In this document: piece by piece, positions 1 to 11,156 of the stretch
Layout of the letters: the number at the start of each line of letters is the position of its first letter
How positions within the stretch are numbered: position 1 is the stretch's first letter
Origin: Thermoplasmata archaeon
GTDB lineage: Archaea; Thermoplasmatota; Thermoplasmata; Lutacidiplasmatales; UBA184
Direction: 5' to 3'
Length of the DNA stretch: 64,000 bases
Assembly: GCA_021817605.1 (NCBI GenBank)
Contig: JAKAUN010000002.1
Coordinates: 3,676-67,675 of the forward strand
Position numbers and translations under genes: made by a program
The notes under the pieces: model-generated
What the model was told of the DNA's origin: nothing
What the model saw: the letters and a program-made list of their open reading frames with translations, nothing else
Database searches by the model: none

Positions 1-1606
1 CTTCGACCCCGTCGGACGTGCCGACGAACTGGATGTGGATGTCGTAGCGGGAGATGTCCTCTCCCGTGTACTTCTTGATGAGCGCGCTCACGTTCTGCAC
101 GGCCTCCTTGGCGATCTCCCCGAGCTTGCCGGTCGCGACCACGACCCCGCCGTCCCGGGTCTGGGCCGGGGTCACCTCCGCGACGATCGGGAGGACGATG
201 CCCGAGAACTCCGCCATGCCTGTTTGGGCGTTGATCGCGGCGAGGCCGTTCACCACGCCCACCGCGGCACCCTCGGTGGAGAACATCCGGTACTCCTTGC
301 GCCGCTCGATGTAGCGGTCGGCGATCTGCTGCTCGAGCGAGCGGCTGGCGCGCTTCGCCTTGACCACGTGCTCCGCACGGACGATCGGCGAGCCCTCGGC
401 GAGAGCGATGTCACCGGCGACGCGGACCAGGCCGCCGAGCTCGCGGAGGCGTAGCGTGAGCTGCCCCGAGCGGCCGGACCGCCGCTGGGCCTCGCGGATG
501 ACCTCGACGACCGCGGGCTTGTCGAACTGGCCGATCTTCTTGTCCTTGGCAATCTCCTGGGCGATGAACCGCACGAGCTTGAGCCGGTTCTCCGGCACGT
601 CCGGCATCGTCGTCTTGACGTAGAGCTCGTAGCCGTAGCCACGGATGCGGGAGCGCAGCGCGGGATGCATCGACTGGACCGAGTCGACGTTGCCCGCGGC
701 GACCAGGACGAAGTCGGCGGGGACCGGCTCGGTCTTCACCATCGCGCCGGCGGAGCGCTCCGACTGTCCGACGATAGGGAACTTGCGCTCCTGCAGCGCG
801 GTGAGCAACGAGTGCTGGCTCTCGATCTTGAGAAGGTTGATCTCGTCGACGAACAGCACCCCGCCGTTCGCCTTGTGGATCGCCCCGACCTCGACCCGCT
901 CGTGGGGCGGGGTCTCGAGCCCGCCGGACTGGAAGGGGTCGTGCTTCACGTCACCCAGGAGCGCGCCGGCATGGGCGCCGGTGGCATCGACAAACGGCGG
1001 CCTCTCGTCCGAGGTATGCGAGACGAGCAGTTTCGCCACCCCGCTCGCGGAATCCGGCCGCCCACCGGAAAAGCGGGCGAGCGCGTAGATGAAGACCACG
1101 ATGAGCACGCCGAGGAGCAGGGCGGTGAGGTCCCGGGTCGTCCATACGATGTAGAGGACCACGGCGAAGATCGCGAGGGAGATCGCGACGAAGACGAAGG
1201 TGCGGGTCTCCTTCTTCTGGGCCGCTTCGACCTTCTGGGCCGCGACGATCTCCTTGCCTTTGCCCGACGGAACGACCCGTATCTTCGGCTCGTTCGGGTC
1301 CTCGTTGTTGGGGTAGGCCAGGATGTCCTGGAGCGGCTCGTGGGGAAGGAAGTCGACCATCGCCCGGGCGAGCATGCTCTTGCCGGTCCCGGGCTCGCCG
1401 ATGAGGATCATGTGGCGCTTCTGCGTCGCCGCCTTGCGCGCCACCTCGACGGCATCGTCCTGCCCGATCACCTGGTCGAGCAGGCGCGGCGGGACCTCGA
1501 CGTCGGCGGTCGTCTGGTAGGGAAGGGTCTTTGCCCAGGAGTCGAGGTCGGCCGCTGGCGCGGGCTCCCCGACCTGCCCCGACGGTGTATCCGCGCCTTC
1601 TGCCAT
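1..1606 (-). CDS. lonB: Membrane-bound archaeal Lon protease LonB, N-terminal ~535 aa; 3' end lies beyond the window start
   Basis: Manual minus-strand translation from ATG (cat at 1604-1606): [10 protein letters not shown]...[34 protein letters not shown] (Walker A). Two hydrophobic TM helices are inserted in the AAA+ module, the archaeal LonB hallmark. It then runs to ...[16 protein letters not shown] without stops. Absent from the ORF track because it runs off the edge. Confidence 0.85.
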   Translation of the reverse strand, partial: MAEGADTPSGQVGEPAPAADLDSWAKTLPYQTTADVEVPPRLLDQVIGQDDAVEVARKAATQKRHMILIGEPGTGKSMLARAMVDFLPHEPLQDILAYPNNEDPNEPKIRVVPSGKGKEIVAAQKVEAAQKKETRTFVFVAISLAIFAVVLYIVWTTRDLTALLLGVLIVVFIYALARFSGGRPDSASGVAKLLVSHTSDERPPFVDATGAHAGALLGDVKHDPFQSGGLETPPHERVEVGAIHKANGGVLFVDEINLLKIESQHSLLTALQERKFPIVGQSERSAGAMVKTEPVPADFVLVAAGNVDSVQSMHPALRSRIRGYGYELYVKTTMPDVPENRLKLVRFIAQEIAKDKKIGQFDKPAVVEVIREAQRRSGRSGQLTLRLRELGGLVRVAGDIALAEGSPIVRAEHVVKAKRASRSLEQQIADRYIERRKEYRMFSTEGAAVGVVNGLAAINAQTGMAEFSGIVLPIVAEVTPAQTRDGGVVVATGKLGEIAKEAVQNVSALIKKYTGEDISRYDIHIQFVGTSDGVE

Positions 1607-1668
1607 GGTGGCGTCTCGCCCCTTCGTCCCGAAGGACCGTTGCGCCAGTCAAAGAAGGCGGGAGTCGC

Positions 1669-1675
1669 TATAAAT
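1669..1675. promoter_or_regulatory. TATAAAT box in the divergent lonB/folD intergenic region
   Basis: gcTATAAATgc is the only AT-rich element in the 195-nt GC-rich intergenic region. It is about 30 nt upstream of the lonB ATG on the minus strand. Confidence 0.4.
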
Positions 1676-1801
1676 GCTCTCGGTGGCCGGAGCGCCACCC
1701 CAGGGTCCCGGCGCGGCCAAAGGCGCGTCGGGAGCCGTGCGACGCCCGCTACCGGCCCGTTGTTATCTACCGAGCGCGGCTCGGTCGCGAGAGCACCGCC
1801 G

Positions 1802-2695
1802 ATGACGCTCCGTCTGGAGGGCCGGCCCGTCACCGAGGCGATCGACAGGGAGACCCGTTCGATCCTCGCCTCCCTCGGCATGGGAGCCCCACCTCCGCTC
1901 CTCGTCAGCGTGCACCGGGGGGTCGACAGCCCGTTCCGTTTCTACCTAAAGCGCCAGGCGAAGGCCGCCCAGGCGCTCGGAATCGGCTTTCGGGACGACA
2001 CCCTCGCCCCCGGCAACGGGACGGACGAGCTCGCGGCGCGCCTGCGATCGCTCGACCGCGACCCTTCGGTCCACGGCGTGATCGTGGAGCACCCGCTGCC
2101 CGCCCCCTTCGACTTCTTCCGGGCACTCGAGGAGCTTCGTCCCGAGAAGGACATCGACGGCGTCGGCGCGCGGAACTTGGGCAGGCTCCTCGCCCAGCGG
2201 CCGCTCCATGTTCCCGCCGTCGCCCGCGCCGCCCTCGCCATCGCGCGCCACTACCGCCTCCCGCTCGAGGGGCAACCGACGGCGGTCGTGGGCCGCTCCC
2301 CGACCGTCGGGCTCCCTCTCGCGGTCCTCTTGGCCTCGCGGCCCCCGGGCGGCAACGCGAGCGTCCGGCTGCTCCACTCGCAGAGCCGGGACCTCGTCGA
2401 GGGCCTTGCGGGCACCCGGACCATCTTCTCCTGCGCGGGGCGCCCCGGGCTCCTCGACCGTCGCCTGGTGCCCGAGGGGGCGCACGTGGTCGACGTGGGC
2501 CTCTCCAGCGTGCCGGACCCCGGGCGACCGGGCGGCGCTCGGGCGGTCGGCGATGCCGACCCGGACTCCCTGGACGGCTGGGCGGCCTCGCTCACTCCCG
2601 TGCCAGGAGGGGTCGGACCGGTGACCGTCGCCGAGCTGATGGCGAACACCGCGCGAGCCTGGCAGGTTCAGCTTAAGGGAACGGGCGACGCATGA
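1802..2695 (+). CDS. folD: Bifunctional methylenetetrahydrofolate dehydrogenase/cyclohydrolase
   Basis: ATG at 1802 (MTLRLEGRPV...), in frame with the tail of track ORF 665..2695. The upstream part of that ORF is the antisense of lonB. Length 297 aa. FolD-like ...HGVIVEHPLP..., GRSPTVGLPLAVLL, PVPGGVGPVTVAEL. Confidence 0.85.
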   Translation: MTLRLEGRPVTEAIDRETRSILASLGMGAPPPLLVSVHRGVDSPFRFYLKRQAKAAQALGIGFRDDTLAPGNGTDELAARLRSLDRDPSVHGVIVEHPLPAPFDFFRALEELRPEKDIDGVGARNLGRLLAQRPLHVPAVARAALAIARHYRLPLEGQPTAVVGRSPTVGLPLAVLLASRPPGGNASVRLLHSQSRDLVEGLAGTRTIFSCAGRPGLLDRRLVPEGAHVVDVGLSSVPDPGRPGGARAVGDADPDSLDGWAASLTPVPGGVGPVTVAELMANTARAWQVQLKGTGDA

Positions 2696-2870
2696 GCCCG
2701 CCCCGGCCCGCCCGACGCGCTCGCTCCGCTCGGCCGCCCCCTCCCCTGCACTGCCGCGACTGCCCGATGTGGTACGGGGCGGAGGACGGGGGCTGGGGAC
2801 CCTGTTCGATCAAACACCGGCGCGGAGACCCCCGCTACCTCACCTTCGGGGGCCACCCGTGCGACGAGGG

Positions 2871-4010
2871 TTACGTGCCGCCCGAGCCGACGCCCAGCTG
2901 GGATCTGGCCGCCTCGTTGAGCGGCGAGCGCTCGACCTCGAGCGCGTCGGCGGTGGGGTACTCCTCGACCTCGAAGGCAGGCCAGGGGAGCCGAGCCGCC
3001 ACGCGGCGCAGGCGGGCCGGGGCGAGCTCGACGCGGCGGCGAGCCAGGTCGAGGCGGTAGCTCCCCGTCGGAAGCTTCGAGCGACGCGCCACCCGTGTCG
3101 CCCAACGGCCCAGCTCGCCGACCGGCCCCGCCTCGACCACGCCGAGGACGATCGTGCCGTCCTCGGTGGTCTCGGCAAAGGTCGGGGCCGTCCGTTCGGC
3201 CCTCCGCAGCAGTCGCCGGCGGAGCTGCACGCCGTCCTTGAACCGGGAGGAGCAGTAGTGGACCGGGAGCCCCGGGGGAGCCTCCCGCACGAGACGCTCC
3301 GCCACGGAGCGGCTTCCCCGGACCCCCCAGCCGTTGCGGGCATCGGTGCGGTAGCCGCGGTCGAGCAGCAAGGCCTCGTTGGTCTCGGAGAACTCGAGCT
3401 CGTTGAGGTTGACGAAATCGACCCCGATCTCCCGCAGGGTCCGCAGAAGACGGCGCAGCTCGGCCTCCTTCTCGGGGAGGACGGGGATCTCCACCCCCCG
3501 GCGGATCCCCCAGCGTGGCGCCTCCTCGAGGACCTTGCGGTAGGCGCCTCCCGACGACGCGAGCGGCCCCCAGAGGTAGTGGGGAACGTGGAGGCGGAAC
3601 TCGTCCAGACCCGCGGCGGCGAGCCGCCTAAGCTTCTCGGCGTTGGGCTCGTGCGTGTAGAGATGGATGTGGTGGTCCGGCCCGAACTCGCGCTTGAGCA
3701 GGCGCACGTAGTGCTCCACGCGATCGACGACCCCAAGCGGGTCCCCTCCCGTGATGCCGGTGCCCGCGGCGCCGATCGCCCGGGCCTCCTCGAGGAGGTC
3801 GGAGTCGCTGCGGACCCGCCGTTCGTTGGCGTAGACGACGTCAATCTGGTTGCGTGAGGGGGAAACCGGGCAGTAAAAGCAGCGGAACCTGCAGAGCCCC
3901 GTGACGAAGAGCACCATCTTACGCCCCTCGCCGCACTGCGTGCACGCCGGCGAGAGCGCCCCCCGGTGGCTCGACGCCATCGGCAGAAGCGCAAGGCCCG
4001 TGGTCTCCAT
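2871..4010 (-). CDS. Radical SAM protein (PflA-like activase / AmmeMemoRadiSam-like family), function unknown
   Basis: CxxxCxxC motif in VTGLCRFRCFYCP, with CTQCG just upstream. About 379 aa. Divergent from psmA. Confidence 0.7.
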   Translation of the reverse strand: METTGLALLPMASSHRGALSPACTQCGEGRKMVLFVTGLCRFRCFYCPVSPSRNQIDVVYANERRVRSDSDLLEEARAIGAAGTGITGGDPLGVVDRVEHYVRLLKREFGPDHHIHLYTHEPNAEKLRRLAAAGLDEFRLHVPHYLWGPLASSGGAYRKVLEEAPRWGIRRGVEIPVLPEKEAELRRLLRTLREIGVDFVNLNELEFSETNEALLLDRGYRTDARNGWGVRGSRSVAERLVREAPPGLPVHYCSSRFKDGVQLRRRLLRRAERTAPTFAETTEDGTIVLGVVEAGPVGELGRWATRVARRSKLPTGSYRLDLARRRVELAPARLRRVAARLPWPAFEVEEYPTADALEVERSPLNEAARSQLGVGSGGT

Positions 4011-4189
4011 GGGAGGGAAGCGAGCGGCGCGCCCGCTCTAAGGATTTCCGCCCGCTCGGCGGCTCCTCCGGAGGCGGCGTCGGGCCCGGTCCGGTTGCGT
4101 CGGGCCACCTGGTGGGGTCAGGGCGAGAGCTAGGCGCAGGCTCAAATGCCCCACCTGATTCGCCGCCACCACTTCGGGGGCCGCTAGCG

Positions 4190-4954
4190 ATGGAGATGCA
4201 ACCGGGCCAGATGGCGTACGACCGTGCGAGCACCGTGTTCTCGCCGGACGGGCGGCTCTTCCAGGTCGAGTACGCCCTCCAGGCGATCCAGATGGGAGGC
4301 ACGGCGGTCGCCGTGACCTACGACACGGGGATCGTCTTCGTCGCCTACCGCAACCTGCCGGTGAGCACGCTCGCCGAGGCCAGGTCGATCGAGAAGAGCT
4401 TCGCCGTCGACAGCGGCCTCGGCTGCGTCACCGCCGGCCTCATCGCCGACTCGCGGGTCTTGGTCGAGTTCCTCCGCGTCGAGGCCCAGCGCCATCGCCT
4501 CACCTACGGTGAGACGATCCCCTACAGCCTTCTCGGCCATTCTCTCGGGACCCTTCTCCAGCAGTACACGCAGTTCGGAGGGACCCGGCCGTTCGCCGTG
4601 TCGCTCCTCCTCGGAGGCTTCACGGGCAGGGCCCCGGGCCTCATCGAGCTCGACCCGAGCGGCGCGACGATCGGCTGGAGGGCATATGCCATCGGCCGCA
4701 ACCGCCGCGCGGTCGCCGACTTCCTCGAGGAGAAGATGCCCGAGCGGCCGAACGAGGAGGCGGCCTTCAAGCTCGCCGTCCAGGCGGTCGCCGAGGGGTC
4801 GCCCACGCCGTTCCAGCCCGAATCTCTGGACGCTGCGATCCTCGAACCCGACTCGGAGCTCCGTCGCCTGCCGACGGCCGATATCGCCCGCCGAGTCCAG
4901 GGGCTGCCGTTCATCGGCGCCCCGGAGCGCAAGGGAGCCGCCCGCGGGGCGTGA
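4190..4954 (+). CDS. psmA: Proteasome alpha subunit
   Basis: MEMQPGQMAYDRASTVFSPDGRLFQVEYALQAI... is the canonical 20S alpha N-terminus. ATG 4190 is in frame inside track ORF 4112..4954. Confidence 0.9.
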   Translation: MEMQPGQMAYDRASTVFSPDGRLFQVEYALQAIQMGGTAVAVTYDTGIVFVAYRNLPVSTLAEARSIEKSFAVDSGLGCVTAGLIADSRVLVEFLRVEAQRHRLTYGETIPYSLLGHSLGTLLQQYTQFGGTRPFAVSLLLGGFTGRAPGLIELDPSGATIGWRAYAIGRNRRAVADFLEEKMPERPNEEAAFKLAVQAVAEGSPTPFQPESLDAAILEPDSELRRLPTADIARRVQGLPFIGAPERKGAARGA

Positions 4955-5511
4955 CGTCCCGACGCGCTCCGGTGGCTGCTCCTCGCCTCGCTTTCGGCAA
5001 GGACGACGCGCGCGCGCTCGTCGCCTACAACGAGGCCGTCTTCGAGAGGTACGCCCGTCGGCTCGCGCGCCTTCCCCGGGACGCGGCGACGCGCCGACGG
5101 GAGATAGGGCACCAGAGCCTCTTCGACACCCTCGTCCACATCCTCAACGTCCACGAGGTCTGGCTCGTCTACATCGTGCCGGGCCGGCAGCGCGAGCTGC
5201 CCGGGCTCTTCCGCCAGAGCTACCGGCGCCCGAAGGATCTCGCCGGCCTTCGCAGCTACGCGCGGCAGGTCTGGGAAGGGGCCCGTTCGACCGTCGAGGG
5301 GCTCACCGAACGCACGCTCGGAGAGCGGGTGAAGGCGCCGTGGATGCCCGGCCGCTACACCGTCCGCGACGCGCTCCTCCAGACCACGCTCGAGCAGGCG
5401 CACCACCTGGGGGAGGTCATCGCGGCGCTCTGGCAGGACGACATCGAACCTCCCGAGATGACCTGGATCGACACGCGCCGCTCGGCGGCCCGCACGCGGC
5501 GCCGCCCTTGA
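4951..5511 (+). CDS. DinB/YfiT-like (DUF664) putative metal-dependent hydrolase
   Basis: His-rich motifs HILNVHEVW and HHLGEV. 186 aa. GTG start overlaps the psmA stop (GTGA). Confidence 0.5.
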   Translation: MTSRRAPVAAPRLAFGKDDARALVAYNEAVFERYARRLARLPRDAATRRREIGHQSLFDTLVHILNVHEVWLVYIVPGRQRELPGLFRQSYRRPKDLAGLRSYARQVWEGARSTVEGLTERTLGERVKAPWMPGRYTVRDALLQTTLEQAHHLGEVIAALWQDDIEPPEMTWIDTRRSAARTRRRP

Positions 5512-5545
5512 CGGCCGGCGCCCCTTCCTGACGAGGCGTCGGGGG

Positions 5546-7273
5546 CTACGGCGCGTCGGCACGGCCGGCAGCGCGGGACGCGCCGTCGAACTCCTCGTGG
5601 AGACGCATGCGACGGCGGGTCCTGTGGTAGCTCACCGCGAAGCGATGCGCCTCGTCGCGCACCGCGCGAAGGAGGAGCATCGGCGGGGAGTTCGGGTTCG
5701 GGCGGATCGGATCGCGTCGGTCAGGCAGGTAGACCTCCTCCTCGCGCTTGGCCAGCCCGATCGCCGGAAGTCGGTCGGCGAGCCCCAGCGCCGCGAGCGA
5801 GGAGAGGGCCGCAGAGAGCTGGCCGGCCCCGCCGTCCACCACCAGGAGGTCGGGGAGACGTTCCTCCTCGGCCAGGCGGCGGAGGTAGCGGCGTCGGACG
5901 ACCTCGGCGATCATGGCAAAGTCGTTGGTCCCGGCGACCGAGCGGATGCGGAAGCGGCGGTACTCCGAGCGCTTGGCCACCCCGCGCTCGAAGACGACCA
6001 GCGAGCCGACGGCCTCGGAGCCCTGGAAGAGCGAGATGTCGGTCCCCTCGATGTGGGTGGGCAGGGTCGGCAGTTCGAGCAGGCTCTGGAGGGCGGCGAG
6101 GACCTCGCGCGGGGCCGGCCGGGCGACGACCTGGTCGACGGTCGCGCGCGCGAGACGCTCGGCGAGGCGGGCGAGCGACGCGTAGCGGCCCGTCGGGCGG
6201 AACTGTACCTCGACCCCCCGCGCGCCGAGAAGCTCGTCGATCGTCACGTCGATCCCCGCGGGCCGCGGCCCCGAGAGGTAGATCCTCCCGGGCAGCTCGA
6301 TCCGGCCGCCGTAGAACTGCGTGAGGAACTGCCGCCAGAGCTCCCCCGGTTCGGGGATGTCGTCCGCCGGCACCGCCATGAGGTGCGGCTCGGTCGCGCG
6401 GACCTCGCCGTCCTCCACGTGGAGAAGGCCGACCGCGACCCGGAGCGTGGACGGCTCGTTGGGATAGGCTAGGGCGAGGACGTCGACCCGTCCGGAGCCG
6501 GGACCGACGACCGACTGGCGCTCGCGCAGCGCCCCGAGGCCGGCGAGGGCGTCCCGGAGGAGACCCGCGCGCTCGAACTCCTCGCGACGGGCGGCCGAGC
6601 GCATCTCGGACTCCACCTCCTGGCGGAGGCCGGCGGTCTCGCCGCGGAGGACCTCGGTCGCCCGGTCGATCTGGGCACGGTAGCCCTTCGGGTCGATCGC
6701 GCCGATACACGGCGCGCTGCAGACCCCGAGGTGGTAGTAGAGGCACGCCGCCTTGGGGAGGCGCACGCACCGCCGCAGCCGGAACAGGTCCCCGAGCAGG
6801 CGCTCGACGCCGCGCGCCTCGCGCACGCTCGTATACGGCCCGAAGAGGACGAGCCCGCGGCGACGGCGCGGGCGGCGGACGAGCACGATCCTCGGGAACT
6901 CCTCCTCGAGGGTGACGGCGAGGTACGGGTAGCTGCGATCGTCCTTGAGGAGGGCGTTGTACGCCGGCTGGTACTGGCGCACCAGGCTCGCCTCGAGCAG
7001 GAGCGCCTCGCGCTCGCTCGCGGTCGGGACGAACTCGACGCTCGCGCTCTTGGCGAGGATCGTCCCGTCCTTCTCGACGCGCGCGCGGAGGTGGTCGAGG
7101 ACCCTCCGCCGAAGGTTGCGCGACTTGCCGACGTAGACGACCTCGCCGGTCGGCGAGCGGAACAGGTAGACTCCCGGCGAATTCGGGCCGGCCTTGAACC
7201 CCTCCTGCTGGACGGCCGCGAGCTCGCTCGCCCGCACGAAGCCGGCGGCCTCGGTCGCCCCGGGCTCGCTCAT
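5546..7273 (-). CDS. uvrC: Excinuclease ABC subunit C
   Basis: Start [11 protein letters not shown] at 7273 (ATGA overlap with the uvrA stop). GIY-YIG motif GVYLFRSPTGEVVYVGKSRNLRRRVLDH, UvrBC domain and C-terminal HhH. Track ORF 5546..8296 is this gene fused to an antisense read of uvrA. Confidence 0.9.
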   Translation of the reverse strand: MSEPGATEAAGFVRASELAAVQQEGFKAGPNSPGVYLFRSPTGEVVYVGKSRNLRRRVLDHLRARVEKDGTILAKSASVEFVPTASEREALLLEASLVRQYQPAYNALLKDDRSYPYLAVTLEEEFPRIVLVRRPRRRRGLVLFGPYTSVREARGVERLLGDLFRLRRCVRLPKAACLYYHLGVCSAPCIGAIDPKGYRAQIDRATEVLRGETAGLRQEVESEMRSAARREEFERAGLLRDALAGLGALRERQSVVGPGSGRVDVLALAYPNEPSTLRVAVGLLHVEDGEVRATEPHLMAVPADDIPEPGELWRQFLTQFYGGRIELPGRIYLSGPRPAGIDVTIDELLGARGVEVQFRPTGRYASLARLAERLARATVDQVVARPAPREVLAALQSLLELPTLPTHIEGTDISLFQGSEAVGSLVVFERGVAKRSEYRRFRIRSVAGTNDFAMIAEVVRRRYLRRLAEEERLPDLLVVDGGAGQLSAALSSLAALGLADRLPAIGLAKREEEVYLPDRRDPIRPNPNSPPMLLLRAVRDEAHRFAVSYHRTRRRMRLHEEFDGASRAAGRADAP

Positions 7274-10116
7274 GGGGCGCGAGCGCGCGCCCGGGGCGCC
7301 GGGCCGTGGCCCACAAGCCCGCTCAGGAACCGACCGGTGTGCGAGCGGCTCTCGCGGGCGACCTCCTCGGGGGTCCCCGAGGCGACGACGTGGCCGCCGC
7401 CCGGCCCGCCCTCCGGACCGAGGTCGATGAGCCAGTCGGCGCTCTTGAGCACGTCCAGATGGTGCTCGATGACGACCACGGTGTTGCCCCCCGCGCGCAG
7501 GCGCAGGAGGACCGAGAGCAACCGCTCGACGTCGGCGAAGTGAAGGCCCGTCGTCGGCTCGTCCAGAAGGTAGAGGGTCCGGCCCGTCGGCGGCTTGGCG
7601 AGCTCGAAGGCGATCTTGATCCGCTGGGCCTCCCCGCCCGAGAGGGTGGTCGCGCTCTGGCCGAGCCGGACGTAGCCAAGGCCGACCTCGCTCAGCAGCT
7701 TGAGCCGCGAGGCGATGCGCCGGTGGTTGGCGAAGAACGCGAGCGCCTCGTCCACGGTCATGTCGAGGACGTCGGCGATCGTCTTCTCCTTGAACGTCAC
7801 CTCGAGGGTCTCGGAGTTGAACCTCTTGCCGTGGCACTCCTCGCAGACGACGTAGACGTCGGGAAGGAAGTGCATCTCGTAGCGCAGCACCCCGTCCCCG
7901 TCGCACGCCTCGCAGCGTCCGCCGGCGACGTTGAAGCTGAACCGCCCCGGCGCGAAGCCACGGGCCTTCGCCTCGGGGAGGCTCGCGAAGAGCTCGCGGA
8001 CCGGGGTCATCACTCCGGTGTACGTCGCCGGGTTCGATCGCGGGGTCCGGCCGATAGGCGACTGGTCGATGAACAGGACCCGGTCGATCGTCTCGATCCC
8101 TTCGATGAACTCGTGCTGTCCGGGACGCTCCCGCCCCAGACCGAGGTGGCGGCGGACCGCCTTGTAGAGGATCTCCTCGAGGACCGTGGACTTCCCGCTT
8201 CCCGAGACCCCCGAAAGGGCCACGAGGAGGCCGAGCGGGATGCGGACGTCCTCTCCCTTGAGGTTGTGCTCCGTGGGGCCGTGGATCGTCAGCCACCGGC
8301 CGGTCGGCCGCGCCCGGGTCGCGGGGACGAGGATCGACCTCCGTCCCGAGAGGAACTCGGCGGTGAGCGAGCGCGGGGTGCCTCCGACCGACTCGGGCGG
8401 GCCGGCGTAGAGGAGCTCGCCGCCGTGGACGCCGGCTCCCGGTCCCAGGTCGAGCAACCAGTCGGCCTCGCGCATCGTCATCTCGTCATGCTCGACGACC
8501 AGCAGGGTGTTGCCCAGATCGCGCAGCGTCTTGAGGGTCGAGAGCAGGCGCGCGTGATCGCGGGGATGGAGCCCGATCGACGGCTCGTCCAGGATGTAGA
8601 GGACACCGACGAGCCCCGAGCCGATCTGCGTCGCGAGCGCGATGCGCTCCGCCTCGCCTCCCGAGAGCGAGCCGGAGGCACGGTCGAGCGAGAGGTAGTT
8701 GAGCCCGACGTTCTCGAGGAAGGAGAGGCGGGAGCGGATCTCCTTGACGACCGGTCCCACGATCTTGAGGTCCCTCTCGGCCAGCCGAAGGTCGCGGAAC
8801 AGCTCGATGGCGTCGCTGACGGTCATCGAGGCGATCTCGGCGACCGACCGACCCTCGACCGTCACGGCGAGGCTCGCCGGTTTTAGACGACGACCGGCGC
8901 ACGAGCGGCAGGTGACGAAGGAGAGGAAGCCGAGGTAGTACTCCTTCGCCCCCTCGCTCTTGGTCGTGCGCCACCGCCTCTCGACCGCCGCGACCAGGCC
9001 TTCCTTGCGCCAGCCGCCGACCCACCAGTGCTCGGGCCCCCGGGCGGAGGGGACGGCGGCGCGCTCGGAGCCGTACATGAGCGCCTTCCACCCCTTCTCG
9101 GAGAGCTCGCGGATCGGACGACGGGAGTCGGAACCGAACTCCCGCGAGAACCTCGCGAGCGACTCGGAGGCCGGCGTGAGCCCCCAGACGGCGATCGCGC
9201 GTCCGATCGGCTTGTCCTTGTCCGGGACGATCCGGTCCGGGTCGCCGTGGAGCGTGGCGCCGATGCCGAGGCATTCCGGGCAGGCGCCGATGGGGTTGTT
9301 GAACGAGAACATCCGCGGCGTGAGCTCCTCGATGGAGAAGCCGCAGGTCGGGCAGGCCCGGCGGCTCGAGAAGGTCGTGCGCTCCCCGCCCGCCCGGCGG
9401 ACGACGAGGAGCCCGTCGCCGAGCTCGCGTGCGAGCGCGACGGACTCGGAAAGCCGGCTCTCCTCCTCGGGGCCGACCTCGAGGCTGTCGACGAGCACCT
9501 CGATCGTGTGCTTCTTGTTCTTGCCCAGTCGGATCTCCGGGCCGGGGAGGCGGACCTCGACACCATCGATGACGAAGCGCCGGTAGCCCTGGGCCCTCAG
9601 CTTGGCGAGGAGCTCGCGATGCTCGCCTTTCATCGCCCGGACGACCGGGGCGATGAGGTCGACCTTCTCGCCGCGGGCGGTGCGGGAGATCGCCTCGACG
9701 ATCCGGTCGATCGACTGGGGAGCGATCTCCTCTCCGTCGTTCGGGCAGTGCGGTACTCCGACCCGGGCGAAGAGGAGCCTCAGGTAGTCGTAGATCTCGG
9801 TGACGGTCCCGACCGTCGAGCGGGGATTGCGGCTGCCGGCACGCTGCTCGATCGCGATCGCCGGCGAGAGCCCCTCGATCGAGTCGACCTCGGGCTTGTC
9901 CATCTGGCCCAGGAACTGGCGGGCGTAGGCCGAGAGGCTCTCGATGTAGCGGCGCTGCCCCTCGGCGTAGAGGGTGTCGAAGGCCAGCGACGACTTTCCC
10001 GAGCCGCTCACTCCGGTGACGACGACGAACTTGCCTCGGGGGATGTCGACGGAGATGTTCTTGAGGTTGTGCTGGCGTGCGCCGCGGACCCGGATCCCGT
10101 CAAGGTCGGCGGCCAT
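7270..10116 (-). CDS. uvrA: Excinuclease ABC subunit A
   Basis: [69 protein letters not shown] is near-identical in pattern to bacterial UvrA. Two ABC modules. ATG at 10116 is preferred over the upstream GTG at 10128. Confidence 0.9.
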   Translation of the reverse strand: MAADLDGIRVRGARQHNLKNISVDIPRGKFVVVTGVSGSGKSSLAFDTLYAEGQRRYIESLSAYARQFLGQMDKPEVDSIEGLSPAIAIEQRAGSRNPRSTVGTVTEIYDYLRLLFARVGVPHCPNDGEEIAPQSIDRIVEAISRTARGEKVDLIAPVVRAMKGEHRELLAKLRAQGYRRFVIDGVEVRLPGPEIRLGKNKKHTIEVLVDSLEVGPEEESRLSESVALARELGDGLLVVRRAGGERTTFSSRRACPTCGFSIEELTPRMFSFNNPIGACPECLGIGATLHGDPDRIVPDKDKPIGRAIAVWGLTPASESLARFSREFGSDSRRPIRELSEKGWKALMYGSERAAVPSARGPEHWWVGGWRKEGLVAAVERRWRTTKSEGAKEYYLGFLSFVTCRSCAGRRLKPASLAVTVEGRSVAEIASMTVSDAIELFRDLRLAERDLKIVGPVVKEIRSRLSFLENVGLNYLSLDRASGSLSGGEAERIALATQIGSGLVGVLYILDEPSIGLHPRDHARLLSTLKTLRDLGNTLLVVEHDEMTMREADWLLDLGPGAGVHGGELLYAGPPESVGGTPRSLTAEFLSGRRSILVPATRARPTGRWLTIHGPTEHNLKGEDVRIPLGLLVALSGVSGSGKSTVLEEILYKAVRRHLGLGRERPGQHEFIEGIETIDRVLFIDQSPIGRTPRSNPATYTGVMTPVRELFASLPEAKARGFAPGRFSFNVAGGRCEACDGDGVLRYEMHFLPDVYVVCEECHGKRFNSETLEVTFKEKTIADVLDMTVDEALAFFANHRRIASRLKLLSEVGLGYVRLGQSATTLSGGEAQRIKIAFELAKPPTGRTLYLLDEPTTGLHFADVERLLSVLLRLRAGGNTVVVIEHHLDVLKSADWLIDLGPEGGPGGGHVVASGTPEEVARESRSHTGRFLSGLVGHGPAPRARARAP

Positions 10117-10124
10117 GGACGTTC

Positions 10125-10820
10125 TCACGCGGCCAGCAGCTTGCCGACCGTCTCCACGAGGCGGTCGAGCACGTAGCCCTGGACCTTGCGTCCGAGCTCG
10201 GCGCTCGCGGGCCGGCTGTCACCGATGACGCTCTCGGGCCAATCCTCCTCGCGGGGGGAGCCCGGGACGAACGGGCTGTGGCGGTACTCCCCGACCGGAC
10301 GCGCGTCGCCGACGGTCTCGGGGGCGAGGGCGAGGACGCGAGAGGTCTCGAGCAAGCCCCCGTGACCGTCGGTCGGAGGGCTCTCCTTGCCTCGAAGCTC
10401 GTAGACGAAGTCGTAGTCGGAAAGGACGACCACCCGCGTCCCCGGGTGCTCCCGCATCGTGGACTCCCCGGCCTCGCGCAGCGCGGCCATGTGGCCTCGC
10501 TCGGCGTGGCCCGAGAGGACGAGGAGCCGGCGGGCACCGGAACGGGCGAGTTCGCCGAGTACGGCGCTCACGTAGCTCCCGAGCTCCCCGAGGCGCAGCG
10601 AGACGGTCCCGGGGAAGCGGCGGGCCCCAGGCGCGGAGCCGTAGGCGACGCTCGGCGCGACAAGCGCGTCGATCCGCTCGGCGAGGGCGTCGGCGGTCGC
10701 CTCGGCCTGGATCTGGTCCGCGCCGAGGGGCAGGTGCGGCCCGTGGGCCTCGAGGGCACCGACGGGCAGGATCACCACCGGGTTGGACGCGAGCCGTCGC
10801 TCGAACGTCCGCGAGTCCAT
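10125..10820 (-). CDS. Creatininase-family amidohydrolase (ArfB-like deformylase family)
   Basis: [35 protein letters not shown]... matches the creatininase fold signature. ATG at 10820 is chosen because the TATA at 10869-10875 would put the track's GTG 10847 upstream of the transcription start. Confidence 0.65.
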   Translation of the reverse strand: MDSRTFERRLASNPVVILPVGALEAHGPHLPLGADQIQAEATADALAERIDALVAPSVAYGSAPGARRFPGTVSLRLGELGSYVSAVLGELARSGARRLLVLSGHAERGHMAALREAGESTMREHPGTRVVVLSDYDFVYELRGKESPPTDGHGGLLETSRVLALAPETVGDARPVGEYRHSPFVPGSPREEDWPESVIGDSRPASAELGRKVQGYVLDRLVETVGKLLAA

Positions 10821-10868
10821 CCCGAGGAGTTTTCGGGCTCCGACCACGAGCGTTCGAGCGGGGGGCGC

Positions 10869-10875
10869 TATTTAA
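10869..10875. promoter_or_regulatory. TATA-like box (ctatTTAAc / TTAAATA on minus) upstream of the creatininase-family gene
   Basis: AT-rich heptamer about 45 nt upstream of ATG 10820 in otherwise GC-rich DNA. Confidence 0.3.
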
Positions 10876-11156
10876 CGCGGGGCGAGAGGTAGGGAAACGG
10901 TCTCCCGCGTCGTGGCGCGGGGGGACCTTTTGGGCGAGCGCCGCGTTGCGTTCGGCTTCGCTCCCCGTCGGGGCGCGAGGCGCTCCCGGGACCCCTCGGG
11001 GCGGTCCGGAGCCTCGGGCGGACTCCCCCGCACCCTGACGGCGGCCCGGAGGCCGTGAACCCCCGGGACGGGGAGGCGAGGCGGCACCGGCCCCGACAGC
11101 CACGAGCTCCTGTCGCCGTCGCCCCGTGCTCCCCGGCGAGGGAGGGCGGAGAGCCG

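Noticed and set aside
665-2695. 676-aa + strand ORF
   Set aside because: The first two thirds are the antisense of lonB (Arg/Gly/Asp-rich nonsense translation). Only the last 297 codons (from ATG 1802) are folD.
5546-8296. 916-aa minus-strand ORF
   Set aside because: Fusion of real uvrC (to 7273) with an out-of-frame read across uvrA. uvrA has its own complete frame 7270..10116.
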